From positions 1 to 64,000 of the forward strand of contig CAWDNU010000003.1 of assembly GCA_963803705.1 (NCBI GenBank): DNA of 64,000 nucleotides, written 5' to 3'. Position numbers and translations under genes: made by a program. Source of the DNA: an uncultured Pseudobdellovibrionaceae bacterium (lineage in GTDB: Bacteria; Bdellovibrionota; Bdellovibrionia; Bdellovibrionales; UBA1609). Of this stretch, positions 20,749-31,409 are shown one piece after another. The notes beneath the pieces were generated by a model, which had not been told where the DNA came from, did not search any database, and was given only the letters and a program-made list of their open reading frames with translations. The number at the start of each line of letters is the position of its first letter. The stretch's first letter is position 1.

Positions 20749-22011
20749 ATGAAATTTGATAAGTATCGTATCTCTGAAGAGCTTAAAGAAAACTTAACTT
20801 CAATAGGATTTCACAAGTCCACTGATATACAGTTCAAAGCCATACCGCCAATTATGAATGGTGAAGACGTTTTGGCTATAGCTCAGACGGGAACTGGTAA
20901 GACTGGGGCGTTTTCAATCCCTGTTATCAACAGCATCCAAGAGTTCAAGCAAGCTGCCAAAGATAACAAGTTTAAAAGCGACAAGGGGAATTCAAAATTC
21001 ATAAAGTGTTTGGTTTTGGTTCCAACCAGGGAGCTCACAAAGCAAATAGGTAAGGTTTTTTCGCAATTGGCAAAAAACACAAAAGTCACTAGTTACGCTG
21101 TTTACGGTGGGGTAGAGCAAGACCCTCAGATCAAACAGCTAACGGGTGGGGTTGATATACTTATAGCTACCCCCGGTCGAATGTTTGATTTAATTGCCCA
21201 AGGATTTATTGATGTAGGTAAGGTGAAAACTTTAATTTTAGATGAAGCTGACAGGATGCTTGATTTAGGTTTTATAAAAGATATTAACAGTATAAAGACT
21301 AAGCTTCCTAGGCGTCACCAAACTTTATTTTTTTCGGCGACCATTAATCCGAAAATCAAAAAATTAGCTTATTCGCAGATCAATTCCAATGCGATGCGAA
21401 TTCAAGTTTCTCCGGAAAACCTTGTTTCACAAAACATTTCCCATTTTATTACTAAAGTAAAAATGGACGAAAAAAGACACCTGTTGGTCAATTTTTTAAA
21501 TCAAAACTTAAAAACTAAACTTATAGTATTTGTAAGAACTCAGGTGCGTGCCGAAAGGGTCCTAAATCACCTACTAAAAAATGAAATTCAAGCTGTAAGC
21601 ATTCACGGAGGCATGGATCAAAAACAGCGAGAGCAAAGCTTAGAATCTTTTGCTGCAAAAAAAGCAGGTGTGCTTATAGCCACGGACGTTAGTGCCCGCG
21701 GGATCGATCTGCCTGGAATTACCCACGTGATCAACTACGACTTGCCCGATGATCCTGAAAATTACATACATCGAGTCGGAAGAACTGGACGGGGTTTCAA
21801 TAAGGGAGATGCCCTAGCTTTTTGTAGCCCAGAAGAAATTGAAAAAAGAAAAGCAATAGAGGAATTTATTCAAACAAAAATTCCAGAACTTAAAAGCACC
21901 GAGAGCGCCAAGAAAGTTCTAAAAAAAGAAATGTCTGTTTCTGAAATGCTTACTATAGAAGAAAATGCCGCCTATGGAAAAAAAAAACAAAAGACCCGCA
22001 AGCCTGATTGA
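20749..22011 (+). CDS. Second DEAD-box RNA helicase
   Basis: AQTGTGKT, DEAD, SAT, HRVGRTGR. Confidence 0.9.
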   Translation: MKFDKYRISEELKENLTSIGFHKSTDIQFKAIPPIMNGEDVLAIAQTGTGKTGAFSIPVINSIQEFKQAAKDNKFKSDKGNSKFIKCLVLVPTRELTKQIGKVFSQLAKNTKVTSYAVYGGVEQDPQIKQLTGGVDILIATPGRMFDLIAQGFIDVGKVKTLILDEADRMLDLGFIKDINSIKTKLPRRHQTLFFSATINPKIKKLAYSQINSNAMRIQVSPENLVSQNISHFITKVKMDEKRHLLVNFLNQNLKTKLIVFVRTQVRAERVLNHLLKNEIQAVSIHGGMDQKQREQSLESFAAKKAGVLIATDVSARGIDLPGITHVINYDLPDDPENYIHRVGRTGRGFNKGDALAFCSPEEIEKRKAIEEFIQTKIPELKSTESAKKVLKKEMSVSEMLTIEENAAYGKKKQKTRKPD

Positions 22012-22157
22012 AGCCAACGCCGCAGGCGCAGGTGCTTTTAAAAGCCTGATTGAAGCCAACGCCGCAGGCGAAGGTGCTTTTAAAAGCCTGATTGAAGCCA
22101 ACGCCGCAGGCGAAGGTGCTTTTAAAAGCCTGATTGAAGCCAACGCCGCAGGCGAAG
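22000..22157. repeat. 42-bp tandem repeat, about 3.8 copies
   Basis: Unit AAGCCTGATTGAAGCCAACGCCGCAGGCGAAGGTGCTTTTAA at 22000, 22042, 22084 and 22126 (partial). Confidence 0.95.
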
Positions 22158-22164
22158 CTTAAGC

Positions 22165-22977
22165 TCAGTTACCCCAGTCGTAAAAGTTGTCAATCGAAAC
22201 TGCTGTTCCTGGGGTGTCATCATCACCTAAAATAAGTGTCCAGCTATATTGAGTTTCACCCCACCGGTCACTACATGAAAATGTGTAATTTGTTAAAGAT
22301 CCACCTAAGTAGTTGACCTCACCGGCTGCGATCGTCGCCGCAGGGCTTACTCCAAAACTATTAGCGACATTAGTGTTGTTTTTGCGTACAGATATGTGGG
22401 GGTCGTCAGCTCTGTTAGTGTCGCTCGACGGCAACGTGTATGTAGTCCGCAAATTTGCACCAGGTATAAAGTAAAGGCCCTCACTTTTTGGGTATTGATC
22501 TTTAAGGCCAAGTAAAAATTTGGCGGCCCCGCCATAGCAGTATTTATCTGTTGGGTTACCACCTGAACAGTCAACGTCAGTTTCATCTGAATCATTTCTA
22601 AAAGTTGCAGAATTTGATCTACGGAATTGGAAAGGAACAAAGCTAATATAGCTGCAAGTTGTTTCACTATTAGTTGAAATGGTAAACTCAATGTCACTGT
22701 AATACATCTGCAACTCTGGAATTTGTATATTGCAGGTAGCATTGGCTGCAGCGTCCGTAGGCAAGGTTCCAGATGCAATGGTGCAAGTGCCAATTGGACT
22801 AGAACCTGAATCGCTTGCCGAGTATTTAGTGCTAACCGTAAGTTCTAACGGTGAACTTGGATTAGTAGGGGCACTTCCACCACCACTACCCGCACCGGTT
22901 ACTGGATCTGCTGATGAGCAGGCTGCCAGACTTAGCGCCAGTGACATTATTAAGACCATCTTTAGAATTGCATCCAT
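22165..22977 (-). CDS. Hypothetical Cys-containing lipoprotein
   Basis: RBS AAGGAG; lipobox LAAC; Gly/Ser linker. Confidence 0.75.
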   Translation of the reverse strand: MDAILKMVLIMSLALSLAACSSADPVTGAGSGGGSAPTNPSSPLELTVSTKYSASDSGSSPIGTCTIASGTLPTDAAANATCNIQIPELQMYYSDIEFTISTNSETTCSYISFVPFQFRRSNSATFRNDSDETDVDCSGGNPTDKYCYGGAAKFLLGLKDQYPKSEGLYFIPGANLRTTYTLPSSDTNRADDPHISVRKNNTNVANSFGVSPAATIAAGEVNYLGGSLTNYTFSCSDRWGETQYSWTLILGDDDTPGTAVSIDNFYDWGN

Positions 22978-23129
22978 AACTACTCCTTAAAACTTTTTTT
23001 ACAACTGGCTGTTGATTTTATCGGACTTATTTGACATTCAATGTACTAGACTTAGCTCTTGATATGATAAACTGTTTTTTATAAAAATGTTGCAGCATAC
23101 GAAAGAATTTATTTTAGTAAGGAGCCAAA

Positions 23130-23885
23130 TTGAATCCTACAGCTTTTATTACCGGAGCGACTTCAGGAATTGGTAGGGCCACAGCATTTAGATTGGCTCA
23201 AAATAATTGGAACTTAATTCTAAACGCTAGACGCGAAGCACTCTTAAGCGAGCTTAAAAAAGATCTGGAAGATAAATTTGATACCACAGTCAAAATTTTG
23301 GCCTTCGACGTTTCAGATCGAAAGCAGTGTGAAAATGCTTTTACTAGTCATCAAGCTTTCTTCGAAGAGCTCTCTGTTCTAATTAATAATGCAGGATTGG
23401 CCCGGGGAATAGATCCTTTAGATCAGGGCTCTTTAGATGACTGGGAACAGATGATAGACACTAATCTCAAGGGACTACTATATGTAACTCGGTTAAGCTT
23501 ACCTTTTTTAAAGAATAACAAAAACAGCCATATCGTGAATATAGGCTCAGTAGCCGGGCGGTGGACTTACCCTGGGGGTGGGGTTTATTGCTCTACTAAA
23601 TTTGCTGTTAGGGCACTAACGGAATCCTTAAGGTTAGACTTGCATGGCAGCAACATAAGGGTGACCAATATTTCACCAGGGCTAGTACAAACAAAATTTA
23701 GTGAAGTAAGACTTAGAGACAAAGAACAAGCTGACGCTGTTTACCAAGGTTTTAAGCCACTAAGTGCAGAAGATATAGCAGATAGCATCGAATGGAGCTT
23801 ATCTAGACCAGCGCATGTAAATATTCAAGAGATGGTCATTTTCCCGACTGATCAGGCCTCGGTGACTGTTGTGAATCGTAGTTAA
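23130..23885 (+). CDS. Short-chain dehydrogenase (YdfG-like)
   Basis: TGATSGIG, NNAG, YCSTK. Confidence 0.9.
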   Translation: MNPTAFITGATSGIGRATAFRLAQNNWNLILNARREALLSELKKDLEDKFDTTVKILAFDVSDRKQCENAFTSHQAFFEELSVLINNAGLARGIDPLDQGSLDDWEQMIDTNLKGLLYVTRLSLPFLKNNKNSHIVNIGSVAGRWTYPGGGVYCSTKFAVRALTESLRLDLHGSNIRVTNISPGLVQTKFSEVRLRDKEQADAVYQGFKPLSAEDIADSIEWSLSRPAHVNIQEMVIFPTDQASVTVVNRS

Positions 23886-23957
23886 GTTGCAGGCAATTTT
23901 TAATGAAAAAGATAGCAGATTGATCAAGCAGAATTACTTCGGTAGAGGATTTCTCTG

Positions 23958-24725
23958 ATGAAAAAAACTAAGATCGTGGACAGTCATCACAAGGTTTTAG
24001 TACATTGGGCGGCTTACCGAAAAAAATTGGGTTTTGCTCCTCGACTTTTTTCGCTTGATCATCACACTGACACGTCCCAGCCATTTAGAAATTACGTGGG
24101 GCGCTTGATCAAAGAACAAGATTCTGGGCTAAAGAGCCAAGACAAACCTGACCAGCAACTTAAAAATCAGAACAAAAAATTTAAAGACTTACAAAATGCG
24201 CTGCTAAAGTCAGTTAAGTTCGCAAATGAAGACTCGGTAGTTAAAGCTGTTAGTTACTTAAGCAATGACGAACATATAATTACAGCCATAAAAACTAATG
24301 TGATATCCTCAGCACTTATTGTAGCTCACAATGCGCGATTAACTGATCTAAGAACCTACCTAGACCACAAAGTAATGTGCTTTCCAGTGCCAGAAGTGAG
24401 TAAGGTTAAAAACAAAGCTTGCTACGAATATGACAAAGTGATTGATTCAGTTTTTTTAGATCAAGCCATTACAAGTTTCGGTCAGACTTTAAAATTAACT
24501 AATGAATATTTAAGTTTTTCGAAACCCTTTATCCTAGACATTGATTTAGATTATTTTAACACTTTAAAATCAACTTACCCAGATGATAGTTCTACCTTTC
24601 AGTTTTTGGTGAAAAACGCAGGTTTGATAACGATCGCCACTGAACCAGAGTACGTACAGAGGTGTAGTATAGAAAAGGGCCTATCAAGCGAGATAATCTT
24701 GAATTCAATTGCAAAGCTCTTCTAA
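23958..24725 (+). CDS. UPF0489-family protein
   Basis: DSHH, DHHTD, LDIDLDYF, ITIATEP. Confidence 0.7.
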   Translation: MKKTKIVDSHHKVLVHWAAYRKKLGFAPRLFSLDHHTDTSQPFRNYVGRLIKEQDSGLKSQDKPDQQLKNQNKKFKDLQNALLKSVKFANEDSVVKAVSYLSNDEHIITAIKTNVISSALIVAHNARLTDLRTYLDHKVMCFPVPEVSKVKNKACYEYDKVIDSVFLDQAITSFGQTLKLTNEYLSFSKPFILDIDLDYFNTLKSTYPDDSSTFQFLVKNAGLITIATEPEYVQRCSIEKGLSSEIILNSIAKLF

Positions 24726-24831
24726 TCAAAAATTTAAAGCGAATTTGCATCAGCCTATCTTTTAATTAAAAATAGTCTTTCTGCGACTTACATTTATTAC
24801 CTTGAACCTAAAAAATTTTTTGCTTTTTAGA

Positions 24832-25215
24832 CTAAGGAAACGAGACGTAGCCCTTCGTAGTTTGTGGATTCAAAATAATAACTCGGTCAGACATCTTAGC
24901 ATCGGAAGAAAATTGTACCTCATAACTTCTAATGGTTTCGGGCCCTCGACAATCAAAGTTATTGTCTGTCACCAATTTAATGAAGTAGACATTGTTTTCA
25001 AACGTTAGTAACGAACTAAAGTTCTTAGGGGCACACGAGGCAAAATCGAAAGCCACTGACCCGGTTGGCTGCACAGTTAGCATTGGCGGTGGAATATCTA
25101 TAATTATTTGGACATTCTGTACAACAGGCAGATTTGCAAGATCATCAGCATTTAAATTCGCCTGAGCGTAGCCAGCGCCTAAAAGTAAGCTTGCCACAAT
25201 TAATATACATTTCAT
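24832..25215 (-). CDS. Hypothetical secreted protein
   Basis: RBS AGGAG; signal peptide ending AQA; Cys pair. Confidence 0.65.
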   Translation of the reverse strand: MKCILIVASLLLGAGYAQANLNADDLANLPVVQNVQIIIDIPPPMLTVQPTGSVAFDFASCAPKNFSSLLTFENNVYFIKLVTDNNFDCRGPETIRSYEVQFSSDAKMSDRVIILNPQTTKGYVSFP

Positions 25216-25505
25216 TCAAATCTCCTGTGTTTAAATTTTAACTTGTTAAACATTTTTTTACAGAATTAAGCTAAAATAGCAAATAAATTTTGTACAATCC
25301 GGCTGTAACGCAATCTGATCCATCATCAGGTTCTTGTTAATCTCTTTGACTTTCCACATATATTTATATTAGGTGGTTGACTAAGGATCAAAATGGGGAA
25401 AGGGCAACAAAAGTCATTTTTGAAACCTGAAAAAATCTCATCTATCTAGTTGATACCCTATTTAATTGTCATAAGGTCAAAGATCGTTAATAATAATGTC
25501 TGCTA

Positions 25506-26876
25506 ATGTTTATTACTAATCGATTAAAAATGTATTTGAATGTGTTTGTGGCTCTATTAGTAACAGTTGTTATAGTCTATTTTCAATTTAAACCAAGTGA
25601 ATCTAAAATTGAAAAAGATGACGCCGATGAAGAGGTGCTCACGAGCCTTGCGCCCGAGGTCTTGGCAGGACAACTTGCAGATGTCCTAACTGTCGAAGAA
25701 GAGTTTCCTCATAAGATTAAAAGAAATATTCCACTATACACCTATCTTGTAAATGAAGACATTTCTTCTTTGGACATCATCCAAATGGTTAGAGCTGCAA
25801 AAGCTGTTAAGAATTTATCTAGACTAATGCCGGGAACCCGCTTTCAGATATCTAAAGATAGCAAAGGGGGATTGATCGGCGCTAAGTTCAGGTTCTCAGC
25901 GGTTGAAAAGTTAGTTTTGATAAAAAATAAAGGCAATTGGGAAGCAAAAGTCGTTAATGAGCCAGTCAATATTAAACATGTTTCATATTCTGGCCACGTG
26001 AGTTCATCATTATGGGAATCGGCTCTTGAAGCAGACATGAATCCTTACTTGATCTTCTCAATGGCAGAGATCTTTGGTTGGGAGGTCGACTTCAATCGCG
26101 AAGTTCAGGTAGGCGACACATGGCGGATCACTGCAGAGCAAAAATTTGTTGGCGATCAAGCCGTAGGATGGGGTTCAGTTTTAGCTGCCGAATATGTTAA
26201 CCAAGGACAAAGTCATAAAGCAGCCTTATTTCGTATGGATGATGAAGATATCGGCTATTATAATTTACAGGGCGAGAATCTAAGAAAAATGTTTTTAAAA
26301 AGCCCTTTAAAATTTGGAAGAATAACATCTCATTTTAACCGAAGGCGATTTCATCCAAGATTAAGAATAATAAGGCCTCATAACGGGGTCGACTATGGCG
26401 CTCCGATTGGTACTCCGGTAAGAAGTGTTGCCAATGGTATAGTAACCTTTGCAAGGTACGCAGGCGGAGGCGGACGGGTAGTTAAGGTTAGACATAATTC
26501 AACCTATCAGACTGCATACAAGCATTTAAGTAGGTATGGAAAAGGTATTCGTAAAGGTAAAAAAGTTCGGCAGGGGCAGATTATAGCCTATGTTGGAAAT
26601 ACTGGTTTATCCACGGGCCCGCACTTACACTATGAATTTTATTACAACGGTAGATATGTAGATCCTTTAAGGCAAAAGTTTCCAAGTGCAGAGCCCATAG
26701 CTAATGAATACAAGTCGTTATTTTTGAAACAGGCAAACAAATACGTTGCTTTGCTTCCAGACTGGAAAAAAAATGAGTTTAGCATGGAGCCAGAAAAAAC
26801 TTGGGCTCAACATTTAGTTCCCGAAATTCGACAAAATTATTACTCTATCTTCAAGTCAGATTCTCTGGCATTTTAG
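25506..26876 (+). CDS. M23 peptidoglycan endopeptidase (MepM-like)
   Basis: HNGVD, YKHL, STGPHLHYE; N-terminal TM. Confidence 0.9.
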   Translation: MFITNRLKMYLNVFVALLVTVVIVYFQFKPSESKIEKDDADEEVLTSLAPEVLAGQLADVLTVEEEFPHKIKRNIPLYTYLVNEDISSLDIIQMVRAAKAVKNLSRLMPGTRFQISKDSKGGLIGAKFRFSAVEKLVLIKNKGNWEAKVVNEPVNIKHVSYSGHVSSSLWESALEADMNPYLIFSMAEIFGWEVDFNREVQVGDTWRITAEQKFVGDQAVGWGSVLAAEYVNQGQSHKAALFRMDDEDIGYYNLQGENLRKMFLKSPLKFGRITSHFNRRRFHPRLRIIRPHNGVDYGAPIGTPVRSVANGIVTFARYAGGGGRVVKVRHNSTYQTAYKHLSRYGKGIRKGKKVRQGQIIAYVGNTGLSTGPHLHYEFYYNGRYVDPLRQKFPSAEPIANEYKSLFLKQANKYVALLPDWKKNEFSMEPEKTWAQHLVPEIRQNYYSIFKSDSLAF

Positions 26877-27081
26877 TAAATTAAGTTAAAAAATTCGCAG
26901 ATAATATGCTCTGACTTTACCCGCGGTGGTTTGTTCTGTACAACAGGGCTGCGTTCCAACGTAAACAGCTTGAATGTTTTTGTAGCTCAAAATAAAGAAT
27001 TGGTGACTTAATATCTAGATGAATATTTAATAAAATTTAATTTTAATGTGGAATAATTGGGCAAGACCCAAAGGAGTTAAG

Positions 27082-27393
27082 ATGGAAAAAATTCAGATTG
27101 AGTGGGGCGACCTTAAGAGAACAGAGGCTATAGAGTCTCATGTAAACGAAAAAGCTAGCAAGATACTGACCTTTGCACCAACAGCTACTGCGCTTCACGT
27201 GAACCTAAAAGTTGTAAATCCTAGACAAAGTGCCGGAGTGCCTACGCAGGCTGTGCATATGGAGCTTAGATTGCCAAATCACCAGGATGTCCGTACTGAA
27301 AAAGAGGGCGACGATATATATAAAACCATAATTGAAGCTCAAAAAGCTATTTTATCCCAAGTGAAGTCAAAAAAAGAGCAAAATCTTATTTAG
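27082..27393 (+). CDS. HPF/RaiA ribosome hibernation family protein
   Basis: RBS AGGAG; TEAIESHVNEKASK...DIYKTI pattern. Confidence 0.7.
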   Translation: MEKIQIEWGDLKRTEAIESHVNEKASKILTFAPTATALHVNLKVVNPRQSAGVPTQAVHMELRLPNHQDVRTEKEGDDIYKTIIEAQKAILSQVKSKKEQNLI

Positions 27394-27589
27394 TTTAGAT
27401 ATTTTTTGGATCCGTTTACAGGTGACTTTTTAGCAAAAAAATTTACATTTTATCCTAAGCCTAGTTCGTAAAATGGCATTCGGAAGTTGTTTAACTTTCA
27501 TCACGCTAGGTGTCGGATTTAGCTAATAATTTTTTACTGTAGTAGCTTGTCAAACAAACAAGTCTACAGAGCAACAAGGAGACAATATA

Positions 27590-28993
27590 ATGCATTTTTT
27601 AAAGATTGCCTTAGTAAGTTTAACTTTTTCTTTCTCATCGATCGCATTGGCACAGAAGCCTACGCAGATGGGCGCATCAAGTATACAGCTTCTTGAAAAG
27701 AGCATCGATGTCGTTGGTGGGTATGGCGAAGGTCACTTTTTTGATAAACCTGCAAATTTATCCGAGGAGCTGATTAACCAAGGCTTCGCGATGTTAAACC
27801 TTTTTCAGTACACTGACGCTTTTAGAAGCTTCTTATCTGCTACTAAGCTGGATAAAGACTTAGCCATTGCTCAAGTCGGTGTTGGTCTCTCTTCAATCTT
27901 TCTAGATGGAAACAATCGTTATTTTGTTGATCAAACTCTAGATTTTATCAGCAGTCACAGCCTTCAAGGTTTAGACAAAGCTTGGGCAAATATTTTCACA
28001 AGCCTTGTAACTGGCAGGGATATAAACGGTTTAAACCTTTCTGCATCACAAGCTTATCAAAATATTAAGCTTACAGCAGGAAGTAATCCAGAGACTTTAA
28101 CTTTAGCAAACTGGATAACCAATACATACGATGTAGATGATCTTAATATAGTTTTGCGAACTGATCCTGACCACGCTGGCGCACTACATTATTTGTTACA
28201 TCTTGCAGAGATGAGAAACGACCATCAGAGTGCGCTTGGGTATGGTGAAAGGTTAGTTGAAATCGCGACTCGCTCGGGTCATGCTCAGCATATGTATGGT
28301 CACGTTCTGCCACATTTTAACAGGTGGAATGAGGCCGATCATCAGTTTGAAATCGCCGATAAAATCCATAAAGACTGGGGCACTGAAAATGGTGTTGAGC
28401 CTTCAGAAGATTGGCACTACATGCATAATTTGGATCTGTGGTCAGTGACTAAGATGGTCATCGAGCCTAGAAAAGCTTTAGTCATCCTTGCTGAAATAAA
28501 AGATCTTAATCCTGGAGCGATCTTGGACTACATCGATTACGCGGCAGCAAGCTTACCTGTTAACGAAGACTCTAAGGTTAAAATTGATGGATTTTTAGAG
28601 CCTTTTGAAACTTACTCTACAAGCTACCGATCATACGTCTTAAGCTCTCGACTGTTTTTCGATATGATTTACCAACCCAGTCAAGTGTCTTTAGAGACAG
28701 CTTCTAAAGAGCTTCAAAAGGCTACCGATTTTAAAAATAAACAATTTTTAAACGTTTCCTTGACCCTCTTGCAAGCAAATATATCTAACGATGCTAAGCT
28801 CACAACTCAGGCAACAGATTATATGATTGCAAGTTTAGTAGCTAATTTTGAAAGGGGTGGATTTGATGGTTGGAAAGCTTCTGTCTTAGAAGCTGTAATG
28901 TACAAAAGATTTTTACAGATCTATAATTTGAAAAATGTTGAAGATCAGCTCCAAAGCGAAGTTCTGGACAGATTTATGTCACCTATAGATTAG
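27590..28993 (+). CDS. Secreted TPR-like protein with a conserved His cluster
   Basis: Signal peptide; INQG..F...AFRSF; HAGALHYLLH, HAQHMYGH, HYMHN. Confidence 0.65.
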   Translation: MHFLKIALVSLTFSFSSIALAQKPTQMGASSIQLLEKSIDVVGGYGEGHFFDKPANLSEELINQGFAMLNLFQYTDAFRSFLSATKLDKDLAIAQVGVGLSSIFLDGNNRYFVDQTLDFISSHSLQGLDKAWANIFTSLVTGRDINGLNLSASQAYQNIKLTAGSNPETLTLANWITNTYDVDDLNIVLRTDPDHAGALHYLLHLAEMRNDHQSALGYGERLVEIATRSGHAQHMYGHVLPHFNRWNEADHQFEIADKIHKDWGTENGVEPSEDWHYMHNLDLWSVTKMVIEPRKALVILAEIKDLNPGAILDYIDYAAASLPVNEDSKVKIDGFLEPFETYSTSYRSYVLSSRLFFDMIYQPSQVSLETASKELQKATDFKNKQFLNVSLTLLQANISNDAKLTTQATDYMIASLVANFERGGFDGWKASVLEAVMYKRFLQIYNLKNVEDQLQSEVLDRFMSPID

Positions 28994-29003
28994 TTTTTAT
29001 ATG

Positions 29004-29033
29004 TTCAGTCTTTGGCCTATCCCAAAGACTGAA
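29004..29033 (+). terminator. Hairpin terminator
   Basis: TTCAGTCTTTGG-N6-CCAAAGACTGAA directly after the stop codon. Confidence 0.6.
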
Positions 29034-29313
29034 AGTAACTGTTTTAAGTTTATAACTTTTGCATTTTACGTTCTCCTGATCTCCAGAAATTCTTTAATTT
29101 TCTGGCCCTGAATTTAGTAAGACCCATGACAATTGTATGAGCTTTTTCTTAAGTGCGTATCATCTACTGAGGCAGCTTATATTCTTTCTCTAATAGCGTT
29201 TAAAAAATTAAGCTGAAAATAAAGACAAAATTTTTCGCTTGTAACTTCTTTTAACTCGGGTCAGTAATAATCTACAAACTTAAGCTTAATCTTAAATATA
29301 AAGGTGTTCGCAT

Positions 29314-29682
29314 ATGTCAGTAAAATTTTTTGTTATTTTATCTGTATGCTCGCTTTATTTAACAGGTTGCCCATCTTCGCCTAAACGGATCTACATGACT
29401 GGTATGGCTTCATGGTACGGGGATAAGTATCACGGTAGGAAAACTGCAAATGGTGAGACCTATAACATGAACGAAATGACTGCCGCCCATCCTAAATTGC
29501 CTTTCGGCACTAGGGTCAAAGTAGTCGCACAAAATTCGAAGCGCTCTGCGGTTGTTAGAATTAATGATCGCGGTCCATTTGCGAAAAACAGGATCATTGA
29601 TGTTTCGAAAGCGGCAGCCAAGAAATTAGAAATGGTCGAAAAAGGGGCTATCATGGTAAATCTACAGATTTTAAATAAATAG
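29314..29682 (+). CDS. rlpA: RlpA-family lytic transglycosylase lipoprotein
   Basis: GMASWYG, TANGE, TAAHPKLPFGT, INDRGPF, RIIDVS. Confidence 0.9.
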   Translation: MSVKFFVILSVCSLYLTGCPSSPKRIYMTGMASWYGDKYHGRKTANGETYNMNEMTAAHPKLPFGTRVKVVAQNSKRSAVVRINDRGPFAKNRIIDVSKAAAKKLEMVEKGAIMVNLQILNK

Positions 29683-29787
29683 TATATACCATTCAAATCA
29701 TGCACCGTTCTATCTTAGGGAATATAGATGCAAATGGCTCGCCTTTATTGCCTAATAAAGTAAATCTTTAAACATGAGGAGTTTACT

Positions 29788-30411
29788 ATGAGTAATACCT
29801 TCAATTTTTACAGGCCTATTTGTAAACTGGTTGGAGCAATTTTGACTTTGGTTTTTGCGACCCTATTTTATTCAGATCTAGCCTATTCGGAAACTGCAAA
29901 TCTTACCTCATCAAGGCCCACTTCATCTAATGTCACTACAAGTGAGCTTGTGACAATACCTAATGTCGATGTTCAAAAGTTTTTAGGCCGGTGGTATCAA
30001 ATTGCTAGAAACCCTTTACCCTTCGAACCATTGGATTGTGTCTGTGCTCAACAAACTTTGAGTTTAAATAATCAAGGGGACATCGACGTTTATAACTCCT
30101 GCAATGTAGGTTCAACTGACGGTCCGCTGCAAGATATTTCTGGTGTAGCTTATAGTCAGAATTCGGTTACAAATTCTAAATTCACAGTAGATTTCGGCTT
30201 ACCTGTTTCAGGTCAATATTGGGTTATAGCTGTAGCATCAGATTATGCCTGGGCCGTCGTCAGTGATCCAACCAAAAGATCTTTGTACATACTTTCTAAG
30301 ACGCCTCAGCTTAAACTGCAGAGTTACACCAAAGCCCTAGCTGAAGCTAGTCGTCAAATTTCTTTGGAAAAACTTAAAGTGACAGATCACGATGGTTGTA
30401 TCTATCCTTAA
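29788..30411 (+). CDS. Lipocalin family protein
   Basis: FLGRWYQIAR, YWVI, LYILSKTP. Confidence 0.85.
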   Translation: MSNTFNFYRPICKLVGAILTLVFATLFYSDLAYSETANLTSSRPTSSNVTTSELVTIPNVDVQKFLGRWYQIARNPLPFEPLDCVCAQQTLSLNNQGDIDVYNSCNVGSTDGPLQDISGVAYSQNSVTNSKFTVDFGLPVSGQYWVIAVASDYAWAVVSDPTKRSLYILSKTPQLKLQSYTKALAEASRQISLEKLKVTDHDGCIYP

Positions 30412-30456
30412 AGCTTAAACTAACCTTGTAAGAACAATATCAACAGGAATTTTAAT

Positions 30457-31386
30457 ATGAAAATAAAAAATATTCTTTTGGTCTTTCCATCGTTAGCATT
30501 TAGTTTTAGTGTTTGGAGTCAAAATTTAGCGGTGAGCCAAGCTGATTTAAGTCTTACCGATGTAGGTCATCCTGGCTCAGAAATTTACGATTTTAATCAC
30601 AGCGAAAAAAAGTATAAATGTAGCAAAAGAGACGTCTTTGTTTATTTACCTCAGCCCTTAAAAGAAGACACGCCAGTTGTGGTTTTTGGACATGGCCAAG
30701 CCCTAAACGAATCGCACTACTTGGAAACCTACGTCCATCTAGCCCGAAAAGGAATTGCTGTAATCCATCCAGAATTTAGCTCGGGCTTTTTTGATACCAA
30801 TTGGAAAAGAATGGCTCGCGATTACGTTAACTTAGTAAACTGCGTAACAGATCAAGTTGCCCAATTAGACTTAAACGCAATTGTTTTTAGTGGACATTCG
30901 AAAGGCGCTTATGTAGCAGGTATTGCGGGGGGCTTAGCGTTTCAAGAGAACTTATCGCCTAAGCCAGCAAGTTTGGTTTTGCTAAATTCGGCCGGACTTG
31001 ATCAGTCTATTCTTAGCAATTTAGATCCCTATGTTGAAATAACTGTAGTCTATTCAGACAAAGACAAAACTGTTGATCGAAATATTTCGGAAGACCTTTA
31101 CCAATTTGCACCTTCATTGAAAAAACAATTTATTGAAGTCATAAGTTATCCAAAATCTTCGGGTTTGGTTCTTAAGGCTGATCATTTTTGGCCATTAACT
31201 AAACCTACCTGGTTAGGTGGCGCTACCAAAAATTTACTTCACAATTATGGTTCTTGGAAGTGGCTAACCTCTGCAGCTCTAGACGCTAAGGATGGGGCTA
31301 GTGGGACCAATCCATTTCTTTATGGGCCACTAACTACTGGTAAAGGCGTGTCTGGCTTTGAGGATAAATTAATCAGAAACTTTTAG
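30457..31386 (+). CDS. Secreted alpha/beta hydrolase (chlorophyllase-like)
   Basis: Signal peptide; VVFGHG; GHSKG nucleophile elbow. Confidence 0.75.
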   Translation: MKIKNILLVFPSLAFSFSVWSQNLAVSQADLSLTDVGHPGSEIYDFNHSEKKYKCSKRDVFVYLPQPLKEDTPVVVFGHGQALNESHYLETYVHLARKGIAVIHPEFSSGFFDTNWKRMARDYVNLVNCVTDQVAQLDLNAIVFSGHSKGAYVAGIAGGLAFQENLSPKPASLVLLNSAGLDQSILSNLDPYVEITVVYSDKDKTVDRNISEDLYQFAPSLKKQFIEVISYPKSSGLVLKADHFWPLTKPTWLGGATKNLLHNYGSWKWLTSAALDAKDGASGTNPFLYGPLTTGKGVSGFEDKLIRNF

Positions 31387-31409
31387 GATTAATTCATAAT
31401 AGATAGTCT

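Noticed and set aside
22000..22157. Possible CRISPR array
   Set aside because: Units are contiguous and near-identical with no unique spacers, and no cas genes are present
21919..22162. ORFs 21919-22143 (-) and 21965-22162 (+) with repeated 14-aa peptides
   Set aside because: By-products of a 42-bp repeat with no stop in those frames; they overlap the helicase gene and lack an RBS
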